Made by a program: the position numbers and the translations under genes. This document shows positions 11,781 through 24,415 of a stretch of 64,000 bases of DNA, in pieces. The stretch covers positions 11,309-75,308 of the forward strand of contig NW_021833431.1 of assembly GCF_006345805.1 (NCBI RefSeq), in the 5' to 3' direction. The number at the start of each line of letters is the position of its first letter. Positions within the stretch are counted from its first letter, which is position 1. Below the pieces are notes generated by a model. The model ran no database searches, was not told the DNA's origin, and was given only the letters and a program-made list of their open reading frames with translations. The stretch is from Octopus sinensis. Lineage: Eukaryota.

Positions 11781-12050
11781 GACTGTCCCGTCATTGTTTT
11801 TTTTTTATCTTTGTTATGTTGGCAGAATGGTTAAGAAGGTGACTTTTACATTCGTGTGTTCTCGGTTTCGATCGACAGTCCCGTCGTTGTTTTCCTTGTT
11901 TATCTGTTGTTGGCAGAATGTTTAAGAAGCTAATTTCACAATCAAGTGGTCCAGTGTTCAATCGACAGTTCCGATATTGATTTTTGTTTTTATATCATAT
12001 TAAGCCAATGGTTAAGAATCTAGTTTTATATTGACGAAGTCCCGGATTAT
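11781..12050 (+). repeat. Three diverged ~90-bp tandem units with tRNA-like heads
   Basis: Units start gac.gt.ccg at 11781, 11874 and 11964. Each contains ..gcagaatg.ttaagaa, and the first two end in a gtt.gatc/gttcaatc B-box-like motif. Confidence 0.65.
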
Positions 12051-12291
12051 ATCACATTTCTTGCTTACTTCGGTAATTTTCGTTCACTTTATCTTCGGAC
12101 TTACCTAAGTATTGTAAACAAAACAGGGTGGGCAAAAACTCTCTATAGTCCCGTAGAATTCCTTGTAAAGGTAGTTCATAAACCGGCTATTTCACACTGT
12201 ATCCTTTGTCATGTTGAGTCCTCTCAGGATTATGTCGTGGTTAAACGTGCCAGCAGCATACTCCATCGCTTAAACATTAATGCCAAAACGT

Positions 12292-12960
12292 AAGGCGAGG
12301 AGCTTGCAGAAACGTTAGCACGCCGGGCGAAATACCTAGCGGTATTTCGTCTGTCAAAGGCGGCGAGCTGGCAGAATCCTTAGCACGGCGGGCGAAATAG
12401 CTATCAGTATTTCGTCTGACGTTACGTTCTGAGTTCAAATTCCGCCGAGGTCGACTTTGCCTTTCATCCTTTCGGGGTCGATAAATTAAGTACCAGTTAC
12501 GCATTGGTGTCGATGTAATCGACTTAATACCTATGTCTGTCCTTGTTTGTCCCCTCTATGTTTAGCCCCTTGTGTGTAATAAAGAAATAGGCATTTCGTC
12601 TGCCGCTACATTGTGAGTTCGAATTCCGCCGAGGTCGATATTGCCTTTCATCCTTTTGGTGTCGATTAAACAAGTAACAGTTACGCACTGGGGTCGACGT
12701 AATCGATTTAATCCGTTTGTCTGTCCTTGTTTGTCCTCTCTGTGTTTAGCCCCTTGTGGGTAGTAAAGAAATAGGTATTTCGTCTGTCTTTACGTTCTGA
12801 GTTCAAATTCCGCTGAGGTCGACTTTGCCTCTCATCCTTTCGAGGTCGATAAATTAAGTACCAGTTACGCACTGGGATCGTTGTAATCGACTTAATCCCT
12901 CTCTCTGTTCTTGTTTGTCTCCCCTCTATGTTTAGCCCCTTGTGGGCTATAAAGAAATAA
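12292..12960 (+). mobile_element. Head-to-tail/nested array of SINE A: head, full copy, and two copies starting at ggtatttcgtctg
   Basis: Head 12292-12355, full copy 12358-12589, truncated copies 12590-12773 and 12774-12960. Confidence 0.9.
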
Positions 12961-13336
12961 CAAAAACGTGTAATTCATTTGATCGAATAACTGAATACCC
13001 AGTCGAAACCGACGGAGATCCATTCTGCTCTTAAAAGCTATGTATTTTAAGACGTTCGGCTTTGATTCACAAGAAATTCAGCTGATATTGCTATCGGATT
13101 GTGTAAGCAAATAGAGGAAATCACGTTGACTTGGAAACGATTAATTTACAATCTGACCATTTAACGGTCGGTTTAATTGATCTCATTTCCAAGGGATTTA
13201 AATATAATTAGTAAATTATTGGTTGACAAAACACCCCTCACGCGTGTTCAAAATATAAAGGAATCCAGTAGGATTTATGAATCCAATTACAAGAGTCATT
13301 AGATAGTTTTTTTTTCTTTGAACATGTAGACATGTA

Positions 13337-13740
13337 GGCGCAGGAGTGGCTGTGTGGTAAGTAGCTTGCTTACCAACCACATGGTTCCATGTTCAGTCCC
13401 ACTGCGTGGCATCTTGGGCAAGTGTCTTCTGCTATAGCCCCCGAGCCGACCAATGCCTTGTGAGTGGATTTGGTAGACGGAAACTGAAAGAAGCCTGTCG
13501 TATATATGTGTTAGTATATATATAATGTATTTGTGTGTCTGTGTTTGTCCCCCTAGCATTGCTTGACAACCGATGCTGGTGTGTTTACGTCCCCGTCACA
13601 TAGCGGTTCGGCAAAAGAGACCGATAGAATAAGTACTGGGCTTACAAAAAATAAGTCCTGGGTCGATTTGCTCGACTAAAGGCGGTGCTCCAGCATGACC
13701 GCAATCAAATGATTGAAACAAGTAAAAGAGTAAAAGAGTA
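13337..13740 (+). mobile_element. SINE B, full length
   Basis: ggcgcaggagtggctgtgtggtaagtagc...gaaacaagtaaaagagtaaaagagta. Confidence 0.9.
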
Positions 13741-14254
13741 ATCGCAGACCTAAGTAGAGTTATAAAACGCGAAAATGGCGACATAAAGGAAACTGCAAGT
13801 TGGTCGAAAGCTTATCTTGCATATAAATATTATTTTCAGGAAATGAATATTTCCATGCTATATGTTTTGATTGACAAGTCACGCAAGCATCAGGTTACGG
13901 AATGCTCGAGTCCGTTATGGAAAATACTCCGTAATTATTCAATTATTGTCATTTAATTAGCGTGATCCTATGTATGAATATATTTCGTTACATAATTACT
14001 TATTTTCAGTTATATTATATCTGTTTATATATAGGGGGTTCAACGTAATTATTTGTCATTCTTTCTATACCGTAAATGCTTTAAGGGATAATTTGGGCTT
14101 CTATAGCAAGCAGCGATGCGTTGGATTATCTTGGATTTCAGTACCTGTAGGACAGTTGCATCAATCGCCTCCGGATAACTAAGCGAAACAAAATATTCGG
14201 CTTTTATACGCCAGTAGAGTCATCATCTTTGATGTTCTTGACTGGGACGATTTA

Positions 14255-14471
14255 TACTCTTTACTCTTTTACTTGTTTCAGTCATGTGGCTGCGGCCATG
14301 CTGGAGTACCGCCTTTAGTCGACCCCAGGACTTATACTTTGTAAGCCTAGTACTTATTCTATCAGTCTCTTTTGTCGAACCGCTAAGTTACGGGGACGTA
14401 AACACATCGGCATCGGTTGTCAGGCGATGGTTGGGGAACAAACACAGACACACAGACAGACAGACAGACAG

Positions 14472-14506
<35 letters not shown>

Positions 14507-14678
14507 CATATATACGACGGGCTTCTTTCAGTTTCCGTCTACCAAATCCACTCACAATTCTTTGGTCGGCCCGAGGCTATAGTAGAAGACACTTGCCCAA
14601 GGTGCCACGCAGTGGGACTGAATCCGGAACCATGCGGTTGGAAAGCAAGCTACTTACCACACACCCACTCTTGCGCCT
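14255..14678 (-). mobile_element. SINE B, full length
   Basis: Reverse complement of the family B copies; inverted relative to 13337-13740. Confidence 0.9.
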
Positions 14679-15325
14679 GTTGATCTTTTCCTATCTTTTT
14701 TTTTACTTGCTCTGATTTTCAAACCAAACTGATATCTTTTCTACCGTTCCTGCGATGGCCTCTGTCTTAGGAGCTAGCTGTTCGGATGCCACGTCTACTG
14801 AGGCACTCCTGACTCATAAGTTTCCTCAACTGGCATTGTGCACCAGCCAAATCTCTGGGCCACCTATATGCTTTGTCCTTCATCTTTTCCAGAACTTTAG
14901 TTCTCTGGAACTACCACTCTGCTATTTCCTTCTGGTTTCGAACTTGCCAAATTTTAAACCGAACGTCAACAGCTTGAATGTGAAGGCTAGGGTTCGGTTC
15001 CTTTACTCAAGCCCAGTAAGTGGCATTTTTAGGTCAACATATTATAGTTGCTTCTATTTAGCTGTTGTCCTCTCAGATATAATCTAATACGTTCCAACTG
15101 GTCTGCTCGCTTAGCCAGCAGGGTGGCGTCATTTGAAGGCTAAAACAATGCAAAGCGCATTGTGACCAGCGATGTGTAGCAACATCTGATAACCTGGTCG
15201 GTCACGATGATCACGGTGATATTATAGTTGCTTCTATTTATTTGTTGTCCTTACAGATTTGGCGTAGATATAATCTAATACGTTCCAACAGTGACTGCTT
15301 TGTCTTTTTATCGGTGCTCAAATAT

Positions 15326-15634
15326 TGTTGTTGTTTCTTTGATCCTTCTCGAGCCAAGCCTGGCTCATAAGGGCCGGTTTCTCGGTTTCATTCGGGTATA
15401 GGTTCCCCACCAGGACGGGACGCCGGTCCGTCGCAGGTGAGCGGCACGATGCAGGAGGAAAGAGTGAAAGTTGTGGCCAAAGAATCAGCATAAGTTTTGC
15501 CATTTCCTTCTGCCGGAGCCGCGTGGAGTTAAGGTGTTTCGCTCATAAACACAGACATAGCTCGGTATGAGATTCGAACCAGCGATCCCTCGACCGCGAG
15601 TCCGCTGCTCTTACCACTCGGCCATGTTCCTCCA
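15326..15634 (-). mobile_element. SINE C, full length, 14-bp TSD
   Basis: TSD cggtgctcaaatat at 15312-15325 and 15635-15648. Homologous to 46488-46793. Confidence 0.9.
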
Positions 15635-15859
15635 CGGTGCTCAAATATATATTAGCTAGTTTATCTCACACCAATAGAACTCACTTCCTTAATATGTCTT
15701 TACTCCGGTCATTTGCCCACTGATTTCCTCAGTTCCCCCCAATCAATTCTTTTATAAAAAGAATTGATGTGATTAGTAATTAGGAGTTGGCTGGTCTATC
15801 AGTCACAGACTTTTCAATGTCCAGAAATTCTGGTCTTCTTTTATGCATTTCTGACCCTT

Positions 15860-16920
15860 AATTCTTTCTAATTTAGATTCAAGGCTAGTAATCTTTAGGG
15901 CTGAGGCTGGGAACACGTTGATTACAACACCGTCAGTACGTGACTTGTACTTATTTTATCGACCTCCGAAAGAGGATGTAAATCGGTTTCAGTGCAAAGT
16001 GAACTAGAAATACTGTTAAATATTTTGTCCGGTTCGCGAAGGACTCCGCTCGCTCGCCGCCATATTTGCTGGCAGTTAATGTCGCTTTTTTTACATTGGT
16101 GCACATACACTTATTCATTTTTCAAAATTGTGTTAGACATTGAACTACGGCTATGCTGGGGCATCGACTTGAAAGAAATTGTCCATATAATGTATTACTG
16201 TCGGTCTCTTTTGCTGAACCTCTAAGTTACGAGGACATAAAAATACCAACATTTATTGTCAATTAGTGTTGGGGAGACAAGTGCAAACACAAAAGTATAC
16301 ATACACATATATACATACTGACGACAGAATACTTAACAGATTCTACCTGCTAAATTCGCACACGAGGCACTGATCCTCTCGGGACAGTAAGACACTTTCC
16401 TTTAGGCGTTGCGTATTAAGGTTGAACACGAAATTACGTGGTTAAAAATTGACCTTCATCTTCTATAGCATTCTTATCAGCCCGCCAATGGGCGCCCTAG
16501 ATCACAAAGACGTGTACCAGTATGGCAAATCGCACTTCCTCATTTAGACTTAATCTAGCTCTTCGTCTTCCTCTTTTTATGAAGGGGTGGATTTTATAAG
16601 TCGGGTTATTGGCCAATCTGCCAACTAAACAAGTGGAACCTGTGTTATCTCGAAACCTGATCTTTTTTTTTTTTCAACCATTCACGGACCACTGATTATT
16701 TCAAATCTGGGAAAAGGCCAACAGTTTTGGGAGTGAGGGGCAAGTCGATTTCGACGACCCTGGTACTTGACTGGTTCGTATGTTATTGATCTCTGAAAAA
16801 AAAAAAAAATAAAGACAAAGTCTACCTCAGTAGAATTTGAACTCAGAATGTCAAGAACAAGAAAAATATGTAGCTATTTTTGTACGATACGCTAACGATT
16901 CTACCATGTCACCTGCTTGC
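15860..16920 (-). mobile_element. Cluster of degraded SINEs: A (15860-16063), B (16110-16460), A (16695-16920)
   Basis: Residual matches such as gtacttattttatcgacctccgaaag, tcggtctcttttgctgaacc and gaatttgaactcagaatg. Confidence 0.6.
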
Positions 16921-17180
16921 TGATTATTAATGGTGCTTCAGTATTTTTTTTTACACTGATTAATTACACTCACACACATACAGATGTGCGCACAGTTATT
17001 TATCTTTTATTGGTTTCTGTCATTGGAATGTGGCCATGTTGGGGCACCGACTCGAAATGTTTATTCGAACTAATCGCATCCCTTGGTTTTTAATCTGTAA
17101 GTCTGATGCTGAATTACTGGATGATAAATACACCAGCACCAGTTGGTGGAGGAAGAAACACACACACACACACGCACACG

Positions 17181-17252
<72 letters not shown>

Positions 17253-17253
17253 T

Positions 17254-17478
17254 AGATTATTTCATTTGTTGAGCCGTTATTCCCAACTCCTTTTTCTCTC
17301 ACGGGTTTTTCTTTCTTTTTTTACATTCTCCATTTTTTCAGCTGTCACCTCTTTCTGTCGAAGAGCATAGGCTCGAAACCTTAATGACTTTTCCATCCTT
17401 CCCGAACGTCAAACTAATACACCTGCTTGTTGTTCCCTCACCCGTCTTCATCTTTTGCTTTCTGTAAACTTAAACTAT
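17254..17478 (+). mobile_element. (TA)n-flanked short repeat, family E, with hammerhead-like motif
   Basis: Homologous to 1655-1856 (-); motif at 17349-17390. Confidence 0.65.
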
Positions 17479-17479
17479 G

Positions 17480-17510
<31 letters not shown>

Positions 17511-17649
17511 TATATATCAGCCGAAATTGCGAGGATGATCCGGTTCTTGACTGAAGATTAGAGACTTCGAATGACCTGTCCGTTTTTTGTGTCATCTAAT
17601 TTGAGTGTTTTGCGTCCTTGTCCCATTTTCTATTTATATATATATTTTT

Positions 17650-17695
<46 letters not shown>

Positions 17696-19333
17696 GTTAA
17701 AGGCGCCTGCACAAGACGCCGCGCAGTGGGCCTGTTACCCGAAATGACATGGTTACGAAGTGTGCTTCTCTGTTTATATAAAATGGGTGGGTTATATATA
17801 TTTTTTTTTATAAAAAAAAATATACCAGTACTTGGATCAATATTAACAGATTTTCATTTATTTTTCAGGTCAGCTAGTCCAATCCGTTTGAAGAAAGAGA
17901 GGAATGCGTATATAAAGGAACAAAGAAGTAAAGAAAGGGAAGAAAAAAAAATCCAGTCGATCTTACCACTTAAAAAAAAATCTTAACACACACACACCAA
18001 GAAATATAATAAAATAAAAGCAGTAAGATAGTTATAAATAACAGAGCATACATATATATATACGTCTATATATATGAGTGTGTGTGGGCTGACGACAAAA
18101 GAAGAGGAACAGAAAGAACATTTGCCACAAACTTATATCAATTTCGTAGACATCCACTGTCATGGTGCAGACTGCCTCACTTTAAACCTCACTTCACTCC
18201 TCACTGATACTCCTTAACTAACGGGAAATTTAAATAATTAAGCGGCATACTAATAAAGTTTCCATTATTGTACTACATTGTAGCAGTACCTATCATCAGT
18301 TTTGGGTATTTCAGTTGAGTTTGGTACTCGCGTGTTATTATTGTAGTTGCAGCTGCGTGTGTTGTATGCGAACGCGTGATCTCCACCTCTGCGTGTGTAC
18401 AAGTGTGTAAACAGACGTGTGTGTGTTCTGTTGTGTTGTGTGTATATTATATTTAAGTGAGGATTCAATATATATATATATATATATATATATGTTTGTA
18501 GATGCATATATATATTAAGTTAGTGAGGTTTGAATAACAGTTATTTTCAAGTGAGGCTATTATTTGTAAACTTTTTTTATATCCAAACTTTTTTTAATTT
18601 AACAAAAAAAAATACAAAAAATATTCTGAGCATTTTTTATACCACTGATTTTATTAATACCATTTGTTATTTTAAAAATATAAAAAAATTTAAAAAATTG
18701 AAAAAATTTTAAATTAACAAAAAAAATATTAAAAAAAATAGCGAACAAATTTTAACAAAGTTGAACATAAAAAGGAAGAAAGGATTGTGAACAGAAAAAG
18801 AAAGGAAAAACAAGAAGTTTTGTAAATAATAATTTGCCTTCATTTCTTTCGCTTTTGAATGTGAAATTTTCTGAAACCAACTTACGTTTCTATATGTGAC
18901 TGAGCGAACGTTGTAGCGAAAAGGAAGTTCCGCAACACAAAACCAGCGTCGATTAAGTATTTCCAAAGGTAACTATTAATATCTTTACTACTACTACTAA
19001 ATAATAACAATGATAATAAGCATGACAATAATAAACTTAGAGAAGAAACTAACTGTAAATGACACCTTTTTATCTTTTTTATATAGATATTATTTAACAA
19101 TTACTGTTAATAATTACTAACATCTACTTTAGCTTTTTTGTGAGAGCGAGGAATTCTTTGGATAAGAATTGGACTACGATGCAAGGGAATTGAAGTAGAA
19201 ATAGGTTTCAAGCATTCAATAATTTATGGAATTAAACGTTTTTAAAGTGCCAGTCATATTAACGATAGAACAAAAGGAAAATCCGTAACAAATTATATAT
19301 ATATATAAACTGGCAATATGACCATTCCTAAAT

Positions 19334-19370
<37 letters not shown>

Positions 19371-19958
19371 AAGTGAACGTTTAACATAAAAATGAATATT
19401 TAGTTTCCAAACGAATGTGTTTTTTATCAGGGAAAAAAAGCAATCTAAATAAGAACAACAAAAATATAATAACAGCAACAACAACAATAAAAACGACCGG
19501 ACACAAGTAATTACGACCAGTCTTCATACATGATATATTTTAAACTAAACTCTCCGAACACATTTTAAGTAGTAAGTGGAAACGTTAGCGGTGTAAAGTG
19601 TACTTGGGTTCGTAGTTGGTCATATATCTATTTATATGCGGGCGGTATGTGCATTTATATGAATATACTTTTTCATTCGATATGGTCTGGTTTAATTTGT
19701 CAAAAATGTTATGCAACAGGAGTTTGTAGAGAGAAAAAAAAAATCGAAAAGTCTTGACTATTTTTATGGACAACCTACAGTAGCAGCAACAGTATCAACA
19801 GAGGAAGCAGTAAGCATCAACAATAACGACGTTAAAAGTTAAGAATATCTGCTATAATTTCAAACGGGAACTTCAACAACAAAAAGAACACTAACAACAT
19901 AATTATGTACGTTAGCTTTAGTCACACCTATTGTAGCAATAATAATAATAATAACAAC

Positions 19959-20328
19959 AACAAGAGCACTCACAGAGAGCACAAACCTCCGCCAAAGTAG
20001 CCCCAACATTCTCGTAACGATTTGCCGGAGATGATTTTTAAAACGAGAATATCTGAAATAAGCTCCACTGCTCTCAAAAACGAGAATATTAAAAATGAGC
20101 TCGACCGCTCTCAAAAATTAAATAAAAAAAAAAACGGCAGGAAAAATAATCCAGCATCCTTGTCCGGTAGCGGATCGATCCCAAAATCTAAGCAGGTCGT
20201 GCCAGTCATGAGACCAAACATCCCTGAAAGTTTCATCCGAATTCATTCAGCGGTTCTCGAGATATTTTGTCCACAGACAAACAAACAAATTCGACTGTAA
20301 AGAATGCCTTCGGTAAGGCAAAGGTAAT
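19959..20328 (+). mobile_element. DINE-1/HINE-like (Helentron-associated) non-autonomous element
   Basis: 5' aacaagagcac...aaacctccgcc subterminal repeat, core aagtttcatccgaattcattcagcggttctcgagat, 3' hairpin gccttcggtaaggc followed by ggtaa. Homologous to 58112-58473. Confidence 0.65.
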
Positions 20329-21419
20329 AACATTAACAGCAACGATAATTACGGGGTATTTACAACAGGTTTGCAAGTAATAAAGAGGAAGGCAAAGGAA
20401 AGGAAATAAGGGCTTAGATTTTGGTGGGACCTAAAAGAGACACAAAGAGAATAGTCGATGAAAAAAGGAAAGACAGGAGCAGAAAAGGCTAGACGAGAAA
20501 AGAGTACAAAAAAAAACAAGGAAGAAAATGGAGGGGGGAAAAATGAATGATACAGAAGATAATGTAGAAAATGTAGTAGAAAAGCTAGAATCGTAAGTAC
20601 AACGAGGATACAAGAAGGGTTAAAGGAAGCTGACGATACCAACGTACTCTAAATAGTGTGGGTTACAACTAGTATCTGCAAGAATAGGAAAAGTAACGAG
20701 GGACGGGGAGTACACGGAAGAAGTAAGTAGAAGCTGGAACAATAGCTGTACTACCATCATTGTGGTCATAAACAGCGTTAATAATAATAAAAAGAGTGTA
20801 GCAAGGATTATAAGCATAGGACATGAAAAGAAACAAAAAAGCATTAATTACAATAGATTAATAAAAATTCTTACGAGAGGAATTGGACAGACAATGGAAG
20901 GGGAAACTGTAGCAGCAAGAACAATGATGTTTAAACCGGTAAGGACAAAATGCTGATGAGATGAAGGAGAGAGTGGTCTAGAGATGTTCTATACTTACCC
21001 AACGTTTTTTAAGAAAAAAATCTAGCGTCAAAAACAACCGCATCATCATTAGTTATATAAGTAGATACAGAAATAAAAAAAATGAAAAGCAGGAAAGCCA
21101 CAACCTCAACAATAGATTCAGTGTTAACAGACAGACATACACACAAGTTCACATGGGAACTAGAAAGAAAAAAAAAAGCCCGCATCAATCTCCATTAATA
21201 ACTAAAACACCAACAAGAGTTATAGAATCAACAACTGTAGTGACATCAGCAAGAACAACATCAACGCAGCACACTCCACCCCTTTATAATATCAACAGCA
21301 GCAACAGTAGCGCCAATACAGTCACTTGTACACTACTACTACTGCTGCTGCCGCTGCTACAGCGACTGCGACGGCTACGATCGCCAGCAGCAGCGCGAAT
21401 ATCTTCGGTTAAACCTAAC

Positions 21420-21840
21420 GCAAGAACCACAAAAATAAAGACGACTACTACTACTTTTACTACTACTACTACAACTACTGTTACTACTACTACTACTTTT
21501 ACTACTGCTGCTACTAATACTATTTTTACTACTGCTATTACTACTACTATTGCTACTACTACTACTACTTTTACTACTACTGCTACTTTTACTACTGCTG
21601 CTACTACTGCTATTACTATTACTACTATTACTACTATTACTACTACTACTTTTACTACTACAATTATTATTACTACTACTGCTACTACTACTAGCGGTGT
21701 TTACGAGAGTAGAGGGAAAGCGAATGACTGACTACTATTACAACTACTACTTTTACTAATACTACTACTACTTTTACTACTACTACTACTACAACTTTTA
21801 CTACTACTACTACTACTACTATTACTACTACTACTACTAG
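21420..21840. repeat. (ACT)n microsatellite with an internal ~150-bp duplication
   Basis: ctagcggtgtttacgagagtagag.gaaagc.aatgactgac occurs at about 21690 and 21838. Confidence 0.9.
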
Positions 21841-22045
21841 CGGTGTTTACGAGAGTAGAGAGAAAGCAAATGACTGACAACGTAGTTTTTCTGCTGCACA
21901 CACATTTGCAATGTTGTTGTTTATCTGCTACCAAAACACAAAACAAAACAAAGCAAAAACGCAACGAAAGAGACCTCTTAGGACGAAACTGCAAACTAAT
22001 CCAATGTTGTTGTACATGCACTTACATACACATCTTTCTATCTAA

Positions 22046-22049
<4 letters not shown>

Positions 22050-22082
<33 letters not shown>

Positions 22083-22167
22083 CAAATTCCAGAATACGTT
22101 ATGTGTAATAAAAATAAGTCAAAGAGGGGAACGTATGTTGATCTCTTAGTAGATTACACACACGCTT

Positions 22168-22198
<31 letters not shown>

Positions 22199-22433
22199 GA
22201 TAGAACTATGTATGTAGGCATGTCTGTTAGTGTGTGTGGGGGTGTTTGGATGGGGATGAGTTATAAGAATTCTGTGATCTTATAGAAAACTAATACTTAT
22301 TATATTTAAAATATATATGAATGTGGTATTCAGATAGAGACAATAATGCAATGAATGTGACAGTATATTCAATAATATAATTATAATAGCCGGAATTTTT
22401 ACCCAAACCATACATATACACACACAAATATGC

Positions 22434-22467
<34 letters not shown>

Positions 22468-22616
22468 ATAGTGTATGTGTGTAATGTGTGTGTGCGTGTA
22501 ATGTATATGTGTATATATATGTATGCATGAGTATATATGCATGTATATATATATAAGCACATATGTATATATACATGTATGTATATATATATCTATATAT
22601 ATTTGTTTACATGTGT

Positions 22617-22659
<43 letters not shown>

Positions 22660-22775
22660 ATATTATATATATATATATATATCTGTATATATATGTGTAT
22701 ATATGTATACACATGTGTATATGAATATATATATATATGTATATATATGTGTATATATGTATACACATGTGTATA

Positions 22776-22813
<38 letters not shown>

Positions 22814-22857
22814 TGTATATAGTTACAAAGTACGCTCATACATACATTCACATAGAT

Positions 22858-22897
<40 letters not shown>

Positions 22898-22982
22898 CAA
22901 ATTCCAGAATACGTTATGTGTAATAAAAATAAGTCAAAGAGGGGAACGTATGTTGATCTCTTAGTAAATTACACACACGCTT

Positions 22983-23021
<39 letters not shown>

Positions 23022-23256
23022 GATAGAACTATGTATGTAGGCATGTCTGTTAGTGTGTGTGGGGGTGTTTGGATGGGGATGAGTTATAAGAATTCTGTGA
23101 TCTTATAGAAAACTAATACTTATTATATTTAAAATATATATGAATGTGGTATTCAGATAGAGACAATAATGCAATGAATGTGACAGTATATTCAATAATA
23201 TAATTATAATAGCCGGAATTTTTACCCAAACCATACATATACACACACAAATATGC

Positions 23257-23288
<32 letters not shown>

Positions 23289-23437
23289 ATAGTGTATGTG
23301 TGTAATGTGTGTGTGCGTGTAATGTATATGTGTATATATATGTATGCATGAGTATATATGCATGTATATATATATAAGCACATATGTATATATACATGTA
23401 TGTATATATATATCTATATATATTTGTTTACATGTGT

Positions 23438-23495
<58 letters not shown>

Positions 23496-23580
23496 ATCTG
23501 TATAAATATGTATATTTTTACATATATATATATATATATATCTGTATATATATGTGTATATATGTATACACATGTGTATA

Positions 23581-23618
<38 letters not shown>

Positions 23619-23688
23619 TGTATATAGTTACAAAGTACGCTCATACATACATTCACATAGATACATATACACACACACACACACACAT
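22050..23688. repeat. Two-copy tandem duplication, period about 815 bp
   Basis: atcaaattccagaatacgttatgtg starts at 22081 and 22896. Unique parts are near-identical; microsatellite lengths differ. Confidence 0.9.
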
Positions 23689-24196
23689 GTAAAGAAATGG
23701 AATTACATAAGTTTTATAATATTTCACTAATAATCGTACTGGTCTGCATGCGGACACACAAACATATAGAGGAGAACTACACAGATATAGTTTTTGTGTG
23801 TAAGTAGGCGTAACATCTAATCACTTACAATATTAAAAGTTTAAATCTACATCTACTGCTTGTATTCCACTACTTGGGTATCTATCTGGTTAATCGTATA
23901 TCGACATCGAAATACGGCTATAGATTTACGATATATCCTCACATGGATTTGATCATAGAGAGGCAAGCATTTGTATGTCTGTCAATTTACTGAAAACTTA
24001 TACATTTTTAATAAAAGAGTGATAAAATATGCGATTGGTGCGTGTCGGTTAAGCATAGCTTTAGCCTCGATGCATATAAGTAGCTGATCGTTTACAAGTT
24101 TAAGTGACATATCTATAATATATACATGGACTCTTAATTAATCTTATTGCCTTCCCGTGTACTTACGACAAATAATAATAATAATGATAATAATAA

Positions 24197-24415
24197 TAAT
24201 AATCCTTTTTACTGGGGCACAAGGACGCAGATATGTGGGGTGTGGACTAGTCGATTATATCGACCCCAGTACTTGACTGGTACTTAATTTATCGACCCCC
24301 GAAAGAATGAAAGGCAAACTCTACCTCGACGAAATTTTAACTCAGAATTTAAAAACGGATGAAATGCCGCTAAGCACTTTGACCGGCATGCTTCGTTTCA
24401 GCCGAGTCGCCGCCA
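24197..24415 (-). mobile_element. SINE A (A2 tail) inserted in (AAT)n
   Basis: gtacttaatttatcgacccccgaaagaatgaaaggcaaa...gagtcgccgcc, with (AAT)n on both flanks. Confidence 0.8.

Noticed and set aside
12292-12960. CRISPR-like or tRNA-gene array interpretation of repeated units
   Set aside because: Eukaryotic SINE copies of about 185-230 bp with no unique spacers. SINE heads here do not form complete cloverleaves, so no tRNA genes are called.
14720-15030. Minus-strand peptide relic (KIWQVRNQ...KLMSQECL), possibly a LINE C-terminus
   Set aside because: Two stops and no unambiguous motif.
21153-21759. Mucin-like poly-Thr and poly-Leu ORFs
   Set aside because: (ACT)n microsatellite; no splice or start context.
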